A stretch of DNA of 39,981 nt. It comes from Pseudogymnoascus verrucosus (taxonomy: Eukaryota). The notes below the pieces were generated by a model. The model did no database searches. It was not told the DNA's origin and saw nothing but the letters and a program-made list of their open reading frames with translations. Each line of letters starts with the position of its first letter. Within the stretch, counting starts at the first letter, position 1. Position numbers and translations under genes: made by a program. The DNA lies in assembly GCA_001662655.1 (NCBI GenBank), contig KV460256.1; one strand, written 5' to 3'. This document shows positions 12,290 through 25,033 of this stretch, piece by piece.

Positions 12290-14057
12290 TTAGCTCACCG
12301 TATATGGCTGCGCTCCGGGACCAAAAATCAGCTCTGGTTTCCTCTCCGCTAAATCTATAATTGTCTGCGCGAAGACGCTATTTGCCCCTATGTCGCGGGT
12401 CAGTTACAGTTACGGGTGGGTGGTAGTTTTCAACTTACAAGCAAACCAACTTCTTGTGTAGTCTCGTATACGATTGACGTGTATGCTCTCGTGAACTAAA
12501 CCAAGTCTGCTAGCTTTGAGGACCAACGCCAAAGATTCTTTGATCTCCTCATCGTTATCCGTTGTCATTACTTGCAGCAACAAACTCATCGGCCAGGCAT
12601 TCTCCAAGCCAATATGCGGTCCGCCAATGCCGTTAAATGCTCTCCCTTCCAGATAGTATGGGTTTCCGGACCTCTCGAGCAGCATCTTACGCGTGTTTTG
12701 ATATACCGTATTCGTGACGTCTACAAAGCCTAGTATGGGCAGTGCGAGAAGAGACGGCACATTGGCATCATCCATTATGATCTGGGATCCATATCCGTCA
12801 ACCTCGTAGGCAAAAACCTCGCCGTACTTTTTATGCTTCACAACGCCATGTTCCCAAACCCCATCAGCAATAGCCTGTCCGCGCTTTTCAATAACCTGTG
12901 CTTGACGCCCTTTCCCCGCTTTGCGTAAAATAGCTGCTGTGCGTTTCAGCTCAACAGCCATCATCGCATTCGCCGGAATATAGAAACCTAGAATCGTAGC
13001 ATCATCAGAGGGTCGGAATGCAGACCGGACTAGACCCGTGCCATGGTTAAGGGGGTTTCCTTGGCCAGACAGCGGTAAGGTCTCCGTTCCTTGGGTGGTT
13101 TTTCGAGAGAATCGATACTTGTTTGGCTCAAACTGACCCGAGGTCGGATTGAAGGTGGATTGAGACTGCTCCTCGATGACTCCCATGAGCGCATCTAAAG
13201 CCTCATACCATCGAGGAGTTAAGAAGTCCGTCGACCGAGTAAACTTGTGAAATGTGTTTGATAGCGCTAAGAAATGTGCCAGGGAATCTAGCTCATACTT
13301 GCACTCGAAAACAACCCCAGGTTCAAAAGCGGGGTGGACAGCATCATCTTGGCCATTCTGGGTTGCCGCCAACTTGCTCGGTGGTGGTGGCTGAAATGCA
13401 TTACAATAAGGCGACTGAATAACATATTCTGCTTGCGTGTTGATAGCCCCAAGTATCAAATTGAATATCTTTCGGTCTTTGAGGGCCAAAGGTTGGTATT
13501 GGAGTAATTGATTGGTGGAATCTCGCAGCCATTCAGCATTGATATCCCCCGTCACAATGAAGCTTTGAGCGCCTTCCCAAGCTCCATCGCCTTTCGTCTT
13601 ATGCCAGGCTTTGAACTCATTGTGTTTGAGCTTGTCGATCCCATCAACATGCCACCTAACAGTTGTATCTAGCGTGTTGGGAAAGGCATTCTCAAAGAGC
13701 CTGGCAAGGTCCTTATCAACCATTTTAGAAGTGATATCACCAATTATCTTTTCGACGTGTGGCGATGTAAATGTCCGACATTGTGTAGAAGGCCGTTGAA
13801 ACGGAAGCTGCATAACACCTTCGCTGAGCGGGCGGCTGTCGTCAATTAGTTCCGCTGCACATCCATAATCGCTGCAAATATACTGACTGGGGATATGTAG
13901 AATATTTCACGTAATCCGGACATGCTTCCTTATAATCATCGGCTACGGATGATGTTGTCGCGGATGTTTTTTGAGAAAATGTATCGAAATGTGTCGCGGT
14001 AGAAGGTTCGGAAAGGATCGCCCAAAGGATGGCCGCTGGAAGGGCGAATAGTTGCAT
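12290..14057 (-). CDS. Secreted glycoside hydrolase family 125 (DUF1237, exo-alpha-1,6-mannosidase-like)
   Basis: Signal-peptide-like start MQLFALPAAILWAILS. Introns 13836-13887 and 12388-12438. Motifs FENAFPNTLDTT, TGDINAEWLRDS, ECKYELDSL, FRPSDDA, DDANVPSLL and TRSWFAWANSVF. Confidence 0.9.
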
Positions 14058-14513
14058 TATTGCTTTCAGTTAAAACCTCGCACGAGGTATACTGTAAGAG
14101 CGTGATTACATGCGAAATGAAGTATGAACACTATATGAAAGCCCACGGCGGAAAGACAGGGACCACCGTCAGTGGCATGAGGTTGAACAATTGACCAGCT
14201 ATTTTGGAGCCTTGTTGTCTCTCTCCTCCGCCATCGGGATTGTGGCGGCTAGCGCCACATTGTGGCTGACGTTATACAACCAACACGGGAATGTCTGGGA
14301 TAGGTTTATTAAAGGTTTATATAGCACATAAAGCTGTAACAAAATCGGTGGTAATATAATAATTTACTGTTTGTACCGATCTTAATGCTTATTTCAAATA
14401 GGGTATTTCTATACGCCACTATGCTCCTTAATTCACCTCCCAAACACCACCCTTTCCGAAACAAGAATATTTACCCCCCAGAGAACCAAACCAGAGCCAA
14501 TTACCCATTCGTC

Positions 14514-16100
14514 TCACCATCCCCAAGTCCTGGAAGCTGCACTAAAGACCGGAGGTTTCCACTGTATCCGAGCTGGATCAATTATCCTCTTCGGCTTGGA
14601 TTTCTCTTTCTCTTTCGCTGCCCTATATCGTTCGATCAGTCCCGATGGTACAATCAATTTGTGCTCCCCTTTGTGGTATGCTAAGATCTCCAACGCCCGT
14701 AGCATCGATTCAACGTCGCCCAGAGTCATTGCCAGCTGTGCTGCCACAGACTCTATGCTGCATTTGTCGTCTCTTTCGTTGCTCTCCACCAATATTTCCA
14801 TGATATTTTCCGTCCAGTATTGTCGGTAACTGAGAAGTCCCAAGTCGGAAAGTGGCTTCTCGGGGGAGCCAAGCTTTCCTTCAATCTTCGAGAGTTCGTA
14901 TGAGAACTGAATAAGAACTCTTCCGTACCCCTTGCGCTGGTACTGGGGAAGAGTAAGGATACAAGCTACGTTGTAGCCGTCCGCACTCTCTTTCTCTTTC
15001 GAGAAGTAGCCAACAAGATGACAACCCTTCTCATCACGTGTAGTCATAACATAGAAAAGAAAAGGGTCCACGTCGTAATACAACGTTTTATGATCGAGAA
15101 ACATCTTCGACAGAAGACAGAGATTTCGGCACCATGTTCGCTGCCGTTTACCGTCGATTTCAAAGAACGAGATGTAGTCGTCGCGGTAGATTTCGTTCCC
15201 AGGAGGATGTAGTAGTGTACACTTGGACCTATGCCGGGAGAATGATTTTATATCTCCGAAATAGCCCAGACAGAATTCGCAAATATACATCAAGTCCTCG
15301 TGAGCGAAGTCCTCTGGGTACGGAGAGAAATACCACGGATGGAGGTCGAATTTGCCGAATTGAACTTTTGAGATGTTTCGAATTCGAGAAATTTCAGCCT
15401 GGTTTTGCGTCATTGAACCACCGGTGCGTAGCCTAGACAGTTCTTCTTCTCGGCTAAAGTCTTCCCTGCCCTCTGTCTTTGCTACAGCTGTGTCGTGTTG
15501 GAGCTCATCGACATCCATTTCGTCTGCTTCCGAATCGGCTGTCTGATCGAGATCTAGAGCCATGACCATTTTTTCGTCGCCAAAAGCATCCGGAGTACCC
15601 TTCCCATCTTTGCGTCCTTCTGCAAATTCCACCCATTTTTGAGAACCACCTTCCGATACGGCTTCGGACGCCTCCCTAGTGGCTGCTGTACGCTTTTGCC
15701 CCTTCTTTGGGGGGGCTTTGGTTGCCTTGGATGGCTGTGATTTCGATGCTGCTACTGCTTTCTTGCCCTCTTTAGTCTTCTCTGGGCTCGGCCACTCCAC
15801 GTCCTGATCGAAATCTATTCGTGAAGTTGGCACCCACTCGTCAAGGCGCTTGTTGAAGTTGTCGAAGTTGCAGTAGAAGTGTCGACCACTCTTTGTTTCT
15901 TTAATACTAAGAATTTCGGCCCTACGCGCCTGCCCATCCTTCTCTACCATAGCAATACATCCTGCTCTATAGATTTAATTAGTATACAATTTCGAAAAGC
16001 ATCATGTGACGTACCTAAGAGTATCTACTGTCGCTTTGCTCTTCTGCTTGGGGGCTGGTGACCCAACCGCCGAATCCTGTGCTTTTGAGCTCGCTGTCAT
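14514..16100 (-). CDS. ESA1: MYST histone acetyltransferase Esa1 (NuA4 catalytic subunit)
   Basis: Intron 15967-16014. Chromo-barrel FNKRLDEWV, PWYFSPYP, CRNLCLLSKMFLDHKTLYYDVDPF, QRKGYG and GSPEKPLSDLG. Confidence 0.95.
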
Positions 16101-16395
16101 GGTGACTTCACATCAATATCAGATGGGATCAGCTTGAATATTGATGGATAGTGAGAAAACGCGGGGTGTTACTGATGAGATGAGTGAAGTGGGATGAAAT
16201 GGTTGAAATGGGCAAGGCTGTGGCGCGACCAAAATAAAACCTTAGTATACGTAGCCTCGTTATTAGTAAGCGATATGTTTTCAGAGCAACCTCGCCGCAG
16301 TTCAAAATACATTTGCGCCGCCGCCGACTGGGATACTTATTCTACAACCTATTAATTACCCAAACCAGGTTTGCGAAAGAAACGAGGTTACGAGA

Positions 16396-17334
16396 ATGGC
16401 ACCTGAATTGTCTTCGAATTGGAAATTTCTTCAAGCAAAGTTGAAACAGGATCCGGCGAATGACAAAAAGTTAAAGGCACCGCCAACGCAAAGGCAACTA
16501 AACACCACTGCGAAGCGCCGGCGACAGGAAGCAAAGCAATTACTTGGTGGTGCGCCGAGTTTACCCAGGCCAGCTACGAAGCGGAACAAGATGAGCATTA
16601 ATGGCCAGCCTCCTACGGCATCGCTTGCGCTATGGGCAGAAGATAATGAAATTTCGGCAAAAGATCTTGCAGCGGCTTATGGAGATGGTGTGAAGAATGG
16701 CATTATGTATGGCGCGGAAGAAGACAAGGTTAACGAGGGCCTGGCAGAAGATGTGGAAATTGGACAGTATGTGGCCATGGACTGCGAAATGGTCGGTGTA
16801 GGAGGGGAAGAAGATCGATCAGTTCTCGCCAGAGTCAGTATTGTCAACTACAATGGTGCACAAGTCTACGATTCTTTTGTGCGTCCAAAGGAGTTTGTTA
16901 CAGACTGGAGGACGAAAGTGAGTGGGGTCAGCCCAAAGAACATGCCGACGGCGAGATCGTTTGAAGATGTCCAGGCAAGCGTCGCCGAGATTCTCAAAGA
17001 TAGTGTCCTCGTAGGACATGCCATCAAGAATGACTTGGATGTTCTGATGATTGGCCACCCCAAAAAAGATATCCGGGATACGTCGAGGTTCATCGGCTTC
17101 AGAAAATATGCCTCCGGAAGGACGCCGAGTTTGAAAAAACTGGCCAGCGAAGTCCTAGGCGTTCAGATACAGAGTGGAGCGCATTCCAGTGTTGAGGATG
17201 CCCGCGCAACCATGCTCTTATTCCGAAGGTTCAAACAGCAATTCGACCTTGAGCACGCAAAGCGATTTCCACAACGGGTGAGGGTTGAGGGGAGCGGGGC
17301 AAAATCGGGGAAGAAAAACAAGGGGAAGAAGTGA
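16396..17334 (+). CDS. REX4: RNA exonuclease 4 (DEDDh)
   Basis: Intronless ORF with N-terminal SSNWK, YVAMDCEMVGVG, LVGHAIKNDL, HSSVEDARATM and a basic tail. Confidence 0.93.
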   Translation: MAPELSSNWKFLQAKLKQDPANDKKLKAPPTQRQLNTTAKRRRQEAKQLLGGAPSLPRPATKRNKMSINGQPPTASLALWAEDNEISAKDLAAAYGDGVKNGIMYGAEEDKVNEGLAEDVEIGQYVAMDCEMVGVGGEEDRSVLARVSIVNYNGAQVYDSFVRPKEFVTDWRTKVSGVSPKNMPTARSFEDVQASVAEILKDSVLVGHAIKNDLDVLMIGHPKKDIRDTSRFIGFRKYASGRTPSLKKLASEVLGVQIQSGAHSSVEDARATMLLFRRFKQQFDLEHAKRFPQRVRVEGSGAKSGKKNKGKK

Positions 17335-18186
17335 AGTGATGGGGTTTTGAGTATTATTACTCCTCCAGTCTGCTTGACAGTTCTGGGCTATCACAATATT
17401 GCAGCTTCATTTCTGCGACTACCCACGGGAATAGTCTCATACCTGAGCATCGCGAAGAGACGACCAGCCCTCACATAATCGGACGCACGCATGTACGGCA
17501 TGCTACCAAAGCGCCAAAGCCTTTGGTCAACGGTGACGTTCGCTCACGGCCATTCCCAGAAACTACCTCCCCTATACAACAGGTTATGTGGTTGTGTATT
17601 CGACGACTATCTTAACACAAAAGCCACTTTGCGGCTTTTATCTCACCGTCTATGGATTATCACCATCCTGCCGCCCATACCAACTTGCTCCGTTATATGA
17701 ACTGCGCATGCCTGCGGCTTCAACAGTTTAGAGCCCTCAAAGCTCCAACATGGTGGAGACCTTTCGTATATACTGGACAATGTTCACCAAGGTGATGGAT
17801 ACTCGGGAGATACATACCGAAAGTATGTAACACACGCATGCTACGTTTGGTTTCGACAATAGTTTGTACTTGGAGTGTACTTGTGACTGACTATTTTGCA
17901 AGCCTTCATAGCAACTATGCCCATAAATATGACTTTATGATCCATTACCTATCAATAACCCTATGACGAGCATTTTTGGAGCTTATTGCATGTGAAATTG
18001 AACAGGAGAGGGGTTCATGGCCAAAACCATCCCCTCTCCTCGTGGCCTGTGCACGCGCGTATAATTGATCACGTGAATCTGTGTTCCGAACGCGTTGTTC
18101 ACGACTTGACGCTACGATTGGAACGAGCGCTGGGACATGACCAAGAGTTTGCAAAGTGCAACCCCAACAGCCCCCTCATTATTAAA

Positions 18187-18753
18187 ATGCTTTCAATCCG
18201 GAAGAGCAGTAAGCATCGCGGGAAATGCACGCCTAACGCTTTGCCATGTCGTATCAACCACAACGGCAGGGCCGAAGTATCGAAGAGATACTGGACGCCT
18301 ACCAAACGCAATGGTGGGTGACCCATGAGATTCCATCCCAGCAAGTCCAATGCTAATTTGCTTTTACAGATGACAAGACCGTATCATACTTCCGTGGCCG
18401 CCAATTGTATGGGAGAACTGTCAAGATCCCTCCTCAATGCAAAGGCGTCGTGCTTTCCACCACAGAGACACCACAGGCGGCCCAGGCTCTACCAGGATCC
18501 CATTCATACACGAGTGATAGCCACGAGAAAGAGGAAGCCGAAGCCGAGGGCATGATGGAAGAGTTGGCAGACTTCGACGAGTTCGTTATCTGGGGTCATG
18601 TAGCGTTACCAGATGAAACTACAGACGCCTATATCAGGGCAATAGAAGAGTATACTGCCTTTGCCGAAGTAGTATGTATCGTTATCCAGTGCTACTACAT
18701 AATCTGACCATTCATAGGTTCATACTGTGAGAGCGAAAGCGGAAAAGAAATAG
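18187..18753 (+). CDS. RNH203: Ribonuclease H2 subunit C
   Basis: Introns 18314-18369 and 18672-18717. Motifs NALPCRINHNG, SYFRGRQLYG, FDEFVIWGH and AIEEYTAFAEVVH. Confidence 0.88.
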
Positions 18754-19180
18754 CATTTGATAAAGCCATCGAATGCGGGCGTACTGGAATGGGGTGGGAG
18801 CTACGATTGCTAAGGCGTTTTGTATGGCGTTGGCAAATGGATGGGAAGCGTTGTAATTTATCTTTAGGACTTTTTAATCTATATGTACTGTAGAACAGCT
18901 CACTCAATGGCGGGATTCACTTGCAGCTCAGGAGTACTCTATACTCCTTTTTAGTCCTGGGGTTCATCGAGCTATGACGATAAATTATCGTTATCGTTAT
19001 CATTATCGCCCAAAATACTTTAACCACTCCTCACGGGGTACCGCGCTTCGCATCCATCCCAAACGCGTTTCCTTTCAAATCGTCGCGTCAAAGAAATACG
19101 TGAATGCCAACCACTAACCAGCAAGCCTGCCATCTGCTTTTTTGCTTTCACGACAAATACAAGTGTTATAGCTGAAAGTT

Positions 19181-20385
19181 ATGTCGACAATAGGGCCCCA
19201 AGACACAACTTTCGATGTTCCTGACCCCACCGATTGGAAAGGGACGGCTCTTCAAGGCTTTGCTGCTGTCGAGTCTCCCATGCGATGCCAAGTATGCAAA
19301 GAGTTCATGACGACTCCAATGATGACGAGCTGTGGACATACCTTTTGCTCCTTGTGTATCAGGAGATGCCTTGCGAATGACGGACTATGCCCGGCTTGTC
19401 GGACTCCCGATCAGGAATTGAAACTTCGAGCGAACAAGAGCATGGGCGAGGTCATCGATTCATTCAAGCAAATAAGAGGACCTGCCCTTGAAATTGCCCG
19501 AATGCCTCCAGCTCTTTCGGATTCGGTGTCACAGAAACGAAAACGTGATGCGAGTATTAGCAATAGCCAGGACCTCGAAAAGCGCAGAACAAGGTCGTCA
19601 GCACGCATAGCGTCCCAAGAACCTTTCGAGAGCCCCATGGAGGCCACGTACATTGAACAGTCTGACGGGGTTAATGGTAAGCGCGTAGCGCATTCCGATA
19701 TCAGAGGTGAAGTGCGCCCGACTGACTGGTACCTTTATGAATAGATGACGGCCTAGTGGCTTGTCCCATATGCTCAGCTCGTATGAAGGAGTTTTTAGTT
19801 AACAGCCATATTGACACTTCATGTCCAGCTCCACCCAGCGACCACCCGAGCAGCAAGCCCAACAATGTATCAAATCCTTCCATCACTACGAATTTTAGAT
19901 CGCAACGACCTACCTTCGAACCAAAGCCTCTTCCGACCCTGCCCTACTCCCTCTTTACTGACACAAGTTTGCGGAAGAAGCTCAAAGACTTGGGGATATC
20001 ATCTATCGGAAACCGACCACTCCTCGAGCGAAGGCACAGGGAATGGGTAACACTCTGGAATTCAAACTGCGATTCCTCGAGGCCTCGTTCTAAGGCCGAG
20101 TTGCTGCGCGATCTCGAGACATGGGAGAAAACTCAAGTTAGCCAGGGAACACCGAAGAGTTATACTCTGGTCGGCGGAGGACTGCCGATCAAAAGCAAGG
20201 GTTTTGATGGCGCTGCCTGGTCATCGAAGCACGGGTCAGAATTCCGCAGTCTAATCGAAGAGGCAGAGCGAACCAGAAGACAGAAATCAACTGGAGGAGC
20301 TACTTCAACATCTGAACCAATTGGTGTGGTAATCGACCTGTCTGGTGATAGCTTCAACGATGAGACTAAGGAGTGCGCCGATTGA
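19181..20385 (+). CDS. RAD18: Postreplication repair E3 ubiquitin ligase Rad18
   Basis: Intron 19677-19744. RING CQVC..CGHTFCSLC..CPAC, UBZ CPIC..HIDTSC, SAP-like LRKKLKDLGI, and WVTLWNSNCDS. Confidence 0.93.
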
Positions 20386-20744
20386 CCGGCTTTACGTTCG
20401 CTTGGTTACATTCTGCTACGAAGCCCCATCACTTGTATAGGCGATTTTATACAAGAGAAATAGGCCAGAAAAGGTTACCAAACAAGAGTACCAATCTCAT
20501 CCCTTTTCACAAAAACGACGCTTGCAGCTCTCGCAAGAAATATTAGATTGAGTCACGACCTCATCTAATATGCACGACTGAAGACGTGCAAGATGGCGAC
20601 AAACGCTTATTAATTATCGGGAGATTCAATTATTGTGATTGAGTATACTTATCACCTCCTATCATAACAAATTCTCGACCACGCCATCCCAATGACCCCC
20701 ACAAATATAGCCAGGGTGATCGACCTTGATACATCCGCGATGAT

Positions 20745-22158
20745 TCACAGCGACAGTTGCTGCAACAATTTACTGCTCTCCTCGACTTGTCCCTCAGTAG
20801 TCTGCTTCGACCGACTCACTTGAGGCTCAACTTCTGTTTCCAGCGCCCCAAGTCGGCGTTTCGTCTCTGCAGCTTCCTCCTCCTCCTTCCTTTCGTTTGA
20901 GAGTCGTTCGGCCTCCTTCTTCTTGTCTCGATCTTCAAGTTCTAGTGCTTCGAGTTCGTCGTCCACCTCGCTCTCATCCACCACTCCACCATTCGCCTCG
21001 GTGATAATATTACCGACCTCGTCTACTTGAGCCATTTGCTCCCCCAGCTGAGCGAGAACGTCATCAACCCTTTCAACGCCGCCGATCTCTTTATGTAGAG
21101 CTTTCAGCACGCCCGTGCTGCCCTCCATAATGCGCATAAGCTCAACTTGATCTGCTGCCTCACTGATCTTCGAATAGACTTCCTCGAGTTGACCAAGCAC
21201 CGCGGATTGCTTGGCCAGCTGAGACTCGGCGAGTTTCTTGGATCGAAGAGAGGCAATTGCAGAAACTCGATTTTTACGGCTCACGGCGTCTCGGGCAGCA
21301 GCAGATAGGTTATCGATTCTTGCAGCCAATTTCTCCAACTGCTTCTCAATATCGTGCATGAGATTCTTCAGGGACGCGATACTTGAATCTTCGTGTGTTA
21401 TCTTGGGAGGTTGGGCGTCAGAGTGGGACTTGAATTTTATCGTCTGGCCATCATAATCGGCCAAGCCCTTGTCTCGTGAAATATACGTTAATAAGACCTC
21501 AAGATCTCTCTGTGATATGTGACGCTTGTCTGTCAGAACATCCCCGTAGTCTCGATAAAACATCTGTTTTGAATAGATCATATCGACCCGTGACGTATGA
21601 TTGCCCATTCGTCGTAGAACCTCTCTCGTAGCAGCTTCCACGTTCGTCAGAACCACCAGCTCCTCGACAGATACTTTATCGCTGTCTCCATACCTGTCCA
21701 TAAGTCCAAACTGTCTTAGGCCCCACGACACGGCCTGCCATGGCGTGCTGCTCCATGACCGTTGATATATGCTTTCTTGGGCACCCATGAAACTCTTCAA
21801 CGGCATCATTTCCTTTTTACCCGTGGCATCGCGCAACACAGCTCCCAGTGCCAAAGGGCGGCCCCATTCTCTTGTTTCTAAACCGTGCATGAGACTTTCA
21901 TCTACTCTCAGCACCAAGAGGTCTCCAGAAGCAGGGACACACCCTTCCCGCAACGCAGACGCTAGGCCTTTCTTCCACGCCTCGACATTTGCAGCAAAGC
22001 CATCAGGATTTAAGCTTTGGAGCGCCCTGAAGTCTGAGTACAATGCCGGGAGTCGAGCCCTATCGTATCGTCAGCAGGGGACGCACATCGTTAACTCCTA
22101 GTCCTTGTTACCTGCGGAACTGTTCATGCGTCGTCAAAAACTCAAAAAGCTCGCCCAT
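20745..22158 (-). CDS. CHM7: ESCRT-II/III hybrid protein Chm7/CHMP7 (Snf7 family)
   Basis: ATG at 22158, intron 22060-22111. RARLPALYSDF..NPDGFAANVEAW signature, then a Snf7-like coiled coil ending in DESEVDDELEALE. Confidence 0.85.
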
Positions 22159-22556
22159 AGTCAACAGGGCACAGGGTCTCAGAATTTGCTTCCGAGATAG
22201 TCCCGTTTGTTATAGAGAGACCGTATCATGACCAAATTGGCACATGTGACTGCCTGGCTGTGTAGCCTTTATCTCAGCATGTCCCTAATGCACGTGATAG
22301 CTGTGTTCCTGAATTGTGGCCATTAAATTCAGGCATACATAACGAAACCTGTCGACGTTTCAAACCATATTGTCCCCACCCAGCACCCTGTTCGATACCC
22401 CTATTGTTGAAAATACGTGATCTTCTGAGTTATTACACACGAAGTAGCACTTGATAAATGAGACATTTGTTGATTCATGACGACGCATTATACTATGTAC
22501 TATAAAGATAAAAGGCTAGTATTTTCTACAGCGGGTTCAATATTAATAGAGTTAAA

Positions 22557-24893
22557 TCATGAAAAATCATCCTCTTTAACTCCCTTGCCGCCTGTATCCT
22601 CTTGTACCATATGCAACGGTGCTGTTTCTAGGCTTCCCATTGTCGGCATGGTGGCGCCTATGAGGCTATTCCGGTGCGTTCGTGCGTGTAATGTTTCGCT
22701 TCCTTCAAAAGTTTCGGTTTCAATATCCTCAGAAACCTCTTGAGTAATCTGGCCCTCGCCACAGAGTGATGCCCTCTTCAAGTCTTGTTCGAGGCCAATC
22801 AAAAATTCGTTCGCGGCGATAAACCCGGATATCCCCTTTTTGCTCGCGGAGATGTCATATACGTTTCGGACACGGCCCAGCAATTTCTGAGCTTGAACAT
22901 ATTTACCTAAAATAAGCCATTTATCAGCGGCCAAGATATCCCACAACGCCGATTTTCGAGACCGGCTTCCCCAGCCTCCAGACCCTGTCCCCTTACGGGA
23001 CTTGTAACAAGTCGCAACCCTCTCCTTCATCAGGGCATCTCCTGTTGCTCCAAGTATGTTGCTTTCGATTATCTTTGTTCCCCATTTGGCAGCAGCTTCC
23101 GAGGCAGACTCGCCACGGATTTTGAGCAATTCCATACTCAAGATAAGGCACCGCAAAGCCCCGTATGGTGAGTTACAACGTGTGAGGTACGAGTAACACG
23201 AAGCCTCCAGCATTTGATCAACAGATTCTATTCGGACTTTAGAGCTCATAGCCTGTGAGGCAAGAAGGGTGCTAACAGCAGCCATCTCGCTGGCAGCTGC
23301 ATAATACTTCCACGCTTTGTCGTTATTGAAGTCGGACCTCAACAGCTCGTACACTGACTGCGCTAATTTCCAATCGCGTAACATGAAGGCATAGTCGGCC
23401 AACTTCCTCATTATTGATTCCGGTGTATCGGGCTGGTAAAAACCATGAACGGAGTCATAGTTATTGCCGGACCCACCAGCACCTGGACCCCCAGAAGATG
23501 ACTTGGAGCTGTTGCCAAATACCGTCCACTTTTTAGACAGGCTCATGAAGCGGCCGCTGATCCCACGGCGCCTCGATGCAACTTGGTCATTCCATGTCGA
23601 TATGCACCTTTCCATTGATGGTACTACAGATTGAGTAACCATCTCCCGAATGAACGTTGTAATCGCTGTAGCATCCGACTCAAAAATGCAAGGAGGAGTA
23701 ATATCTAGTCCGTCTTGGTCTTCTCTTGTTTGTATATCCAGCAGTTCCTCGGTAGCCGACATCCACTCACAAGTAGGAAGAGGTATGCTATCGTCATCTG
23801 TGGCGACGCAACGGCTGCTTCGCAACCTCAGAAGATGGCAATGCAGACCAAAATGACGTTTCATCTGGTCGAACAAGCTCATTGCCTTGCCGATATCGTC
23901 TCGTTCTTCATCATGCACAAGAACATAATATCGTAAATACTCGCCATTCACCCATGACGGCAATCGCTTTTCACCCCTAGTTGCCTCTTCATAGAGCCGG
24001 CGGAGCTCTTCTATCGGGTTGGGATTGCGTGAGCTTATTGCAATGATACACGCAACTGGATGTGAGAATGTTTCGTGTGGAGCCAGTGGCATCCCTGAAA
24101 GGAGCCTCCTTAAGTACAACGAGTAGAAGGGTGATAATTCGGATTCAGGTGTGGGTAAATCTCTTCCAGCCAGGTGGTCTTGATACCCCACACCAGGGAA
24201 ATTCTCTGCGTATTCCAGGTGCAAGTCAACCACATTCTCGACAGCCTCTATATTTCCCCCTGTCGCAGTAAATTGATCCTCGGTGATATGCTGCTCATTC
24301 TGCTTCGATAATTGCGCAGTTGAACTCTTTAGGTTTTCTGAATGCACAGGACGCTCATATCCACTCCCAAGCTGCATGAAGCGCACCGAGAAGTCTTCGC
24401 AGACCCTGCTTGCACCGATGCTATCCCGAATAATTACTTTCCCCTGGACATGGTCACCAAATGGTCGTAACAGCTGCCACAGACCCCCGGAAAATCCCTT
24501 TTCCCCAATAAGGTCGTCTGTGTCTTTGGACGGGAAAACAGCAATATGGGGTACGAAAGCATGTGCTATCAGTGGCCTAGGGTCATCTCCATCACTGGCA
24601 GGCCGATCGTGTGGGGCGCCTTCGTGGGGTGTTCCCCCACCAAATATTGACCCAGAAGGTATTTTGGGGGTCGTTATGCCAGCACTAGGTGACAGAGGCC
24701 GTGAACCGGGCGGTGTTGTCGCCGCAAATAGGACGGAAGCAGCAGCGTTGGGCCTGTATGGTAGACTTGATATAGAAGAGGCTGGGGATTGTAAATCTGT
24801 ATTATCTCTTGTCGGCGGTAGCCTCGCCTGTGGGGAGGTGGCTGCTAGGGAGGGCGACTGTCCATGAGGAGCTCCATCATTGATTGATGTCAT
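22557..24893 (-). CDS. TRS85: TRAPPIII-specific subunit Trs85 (TRAPPC8)
   Basis: 778-aa ORF with PHETFSHPVACII, LRYYVLVHD and MRKLADYAFMLRDWKLA..Y..DF.NDKAWKY.A motifs. Confidence 0.9.
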   Translation of the reverse strand: MTSINDGAPHGQSPSLAATSPQARLPPTRDNTDLQSPASSISSLPYRPNAAASVLFAATTPPGSRPLSPSAGITTPKIPSGSIFGGGTPHEGAPHDRPASDGDDPRPLIAHAFVPHIAVFPSKDTDDLIGEKGFSGGLWQLLRPFGDHVQGKVIIRDSIGASRVCEDFSVRFMQLGSGYERPVHSENLKSSTAQLSKQNEQHITEDQFTATGGNIEAVENVVDLHLEYAENFPGVGYQDHLAGRDLPTPESELSPFYSLYLRRLLSGMPLAPHETFSHPVACIIAISSRNPNPIEELRRLYEEATRGEKRLPSWVNGEYLRYYVLVHDEERDDIGKAMSLFDQMKRHFGLHCHLLRLRSSRCVATDDDSIPLPTCEWMSATEELLDIQTREDQDGLDITPPCIFESDATAITTFIREMVTQSVVPSMERCISTWNDQVASRRRGISGRFMSLSKKWTVFGNSSKSSSGGPGAGGSGNNYDSVHGFYQPDTPESIMRKLADYAFMLRDWKLAQSVYELLRSDFNNDKAWKYYAAASEMAAVSTLLASQAMSSKVRIESVDQMLEASCYSYLTRCNSPYGALRCLILSMELLKIRGESASEAAAKWGTKIIESNILGATGDALMKERVATCYKSRKGTGSGGWGSRSRKSALWDILAADKWLILGKYVQAQKLLGRVRNVYDISASKKGISGFIAANEFLIGLEQDLKRASLCGEGQITQEVSEDIETETFEGSETLHARTHRNSLIGATMPTMGSLETAPLHMVQEDTGGKGVKEDDFS

Positions 24894-24980
24894 GAAGGCC
24901 GACCGACCCGGGTGTTTGAGTGCGTGAGGTGTGGGGTGTGGGGTTCAGAACAGATAGGCTCGATGCTCAAATTGAAGTCT

Positions 24981-25033
24981 CATTCGAAGCTGAAGTTATC
25001 AACTACCATTCGAAGCTGTAATGGATCAACTAC
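24981..25033. repeat. Imperfect 26/27-bp tandem duplication
   Basis: CATTCGAAGCTG-aagtt-ATCAACTAC followed directly by CATTCGAAGCTG-taatgg-ATCAACTAC. Confidence 0.85.

Noticed and set aside
14241..14259. 7-bp inverted repeat TGTGGCG/CGCCACA upstream of GH125
   Set aside because: Short enough to occur by chance and has no functional context, unlike the U1A hairpin.
16174..16184. Overlapping GATGAG (PAC-like) motifs between ESA1 and REX4
   Set aside because: Core-only match lying close to the ESA1 start; not enough to call a ribosome-biogenesis element.
17950..17985. TAACCCTA plus an Sm-like ATTTTTG, suggesting telomerase RNA or an snRNA
   Set aside because: The template-like match is incomplete, the gap is too short for a filamentous-fungal TER, and no U1/U2/U4/U5 conserved sequence is visible.
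7138..20385. Apparent cluster of replication and repair genes (MCM6, POL32, ESA1, RNH203, RAD18)
   Set aside because: Interleaved with unrelated genes; ordinary housekeeping density explains it without synteny statistics.
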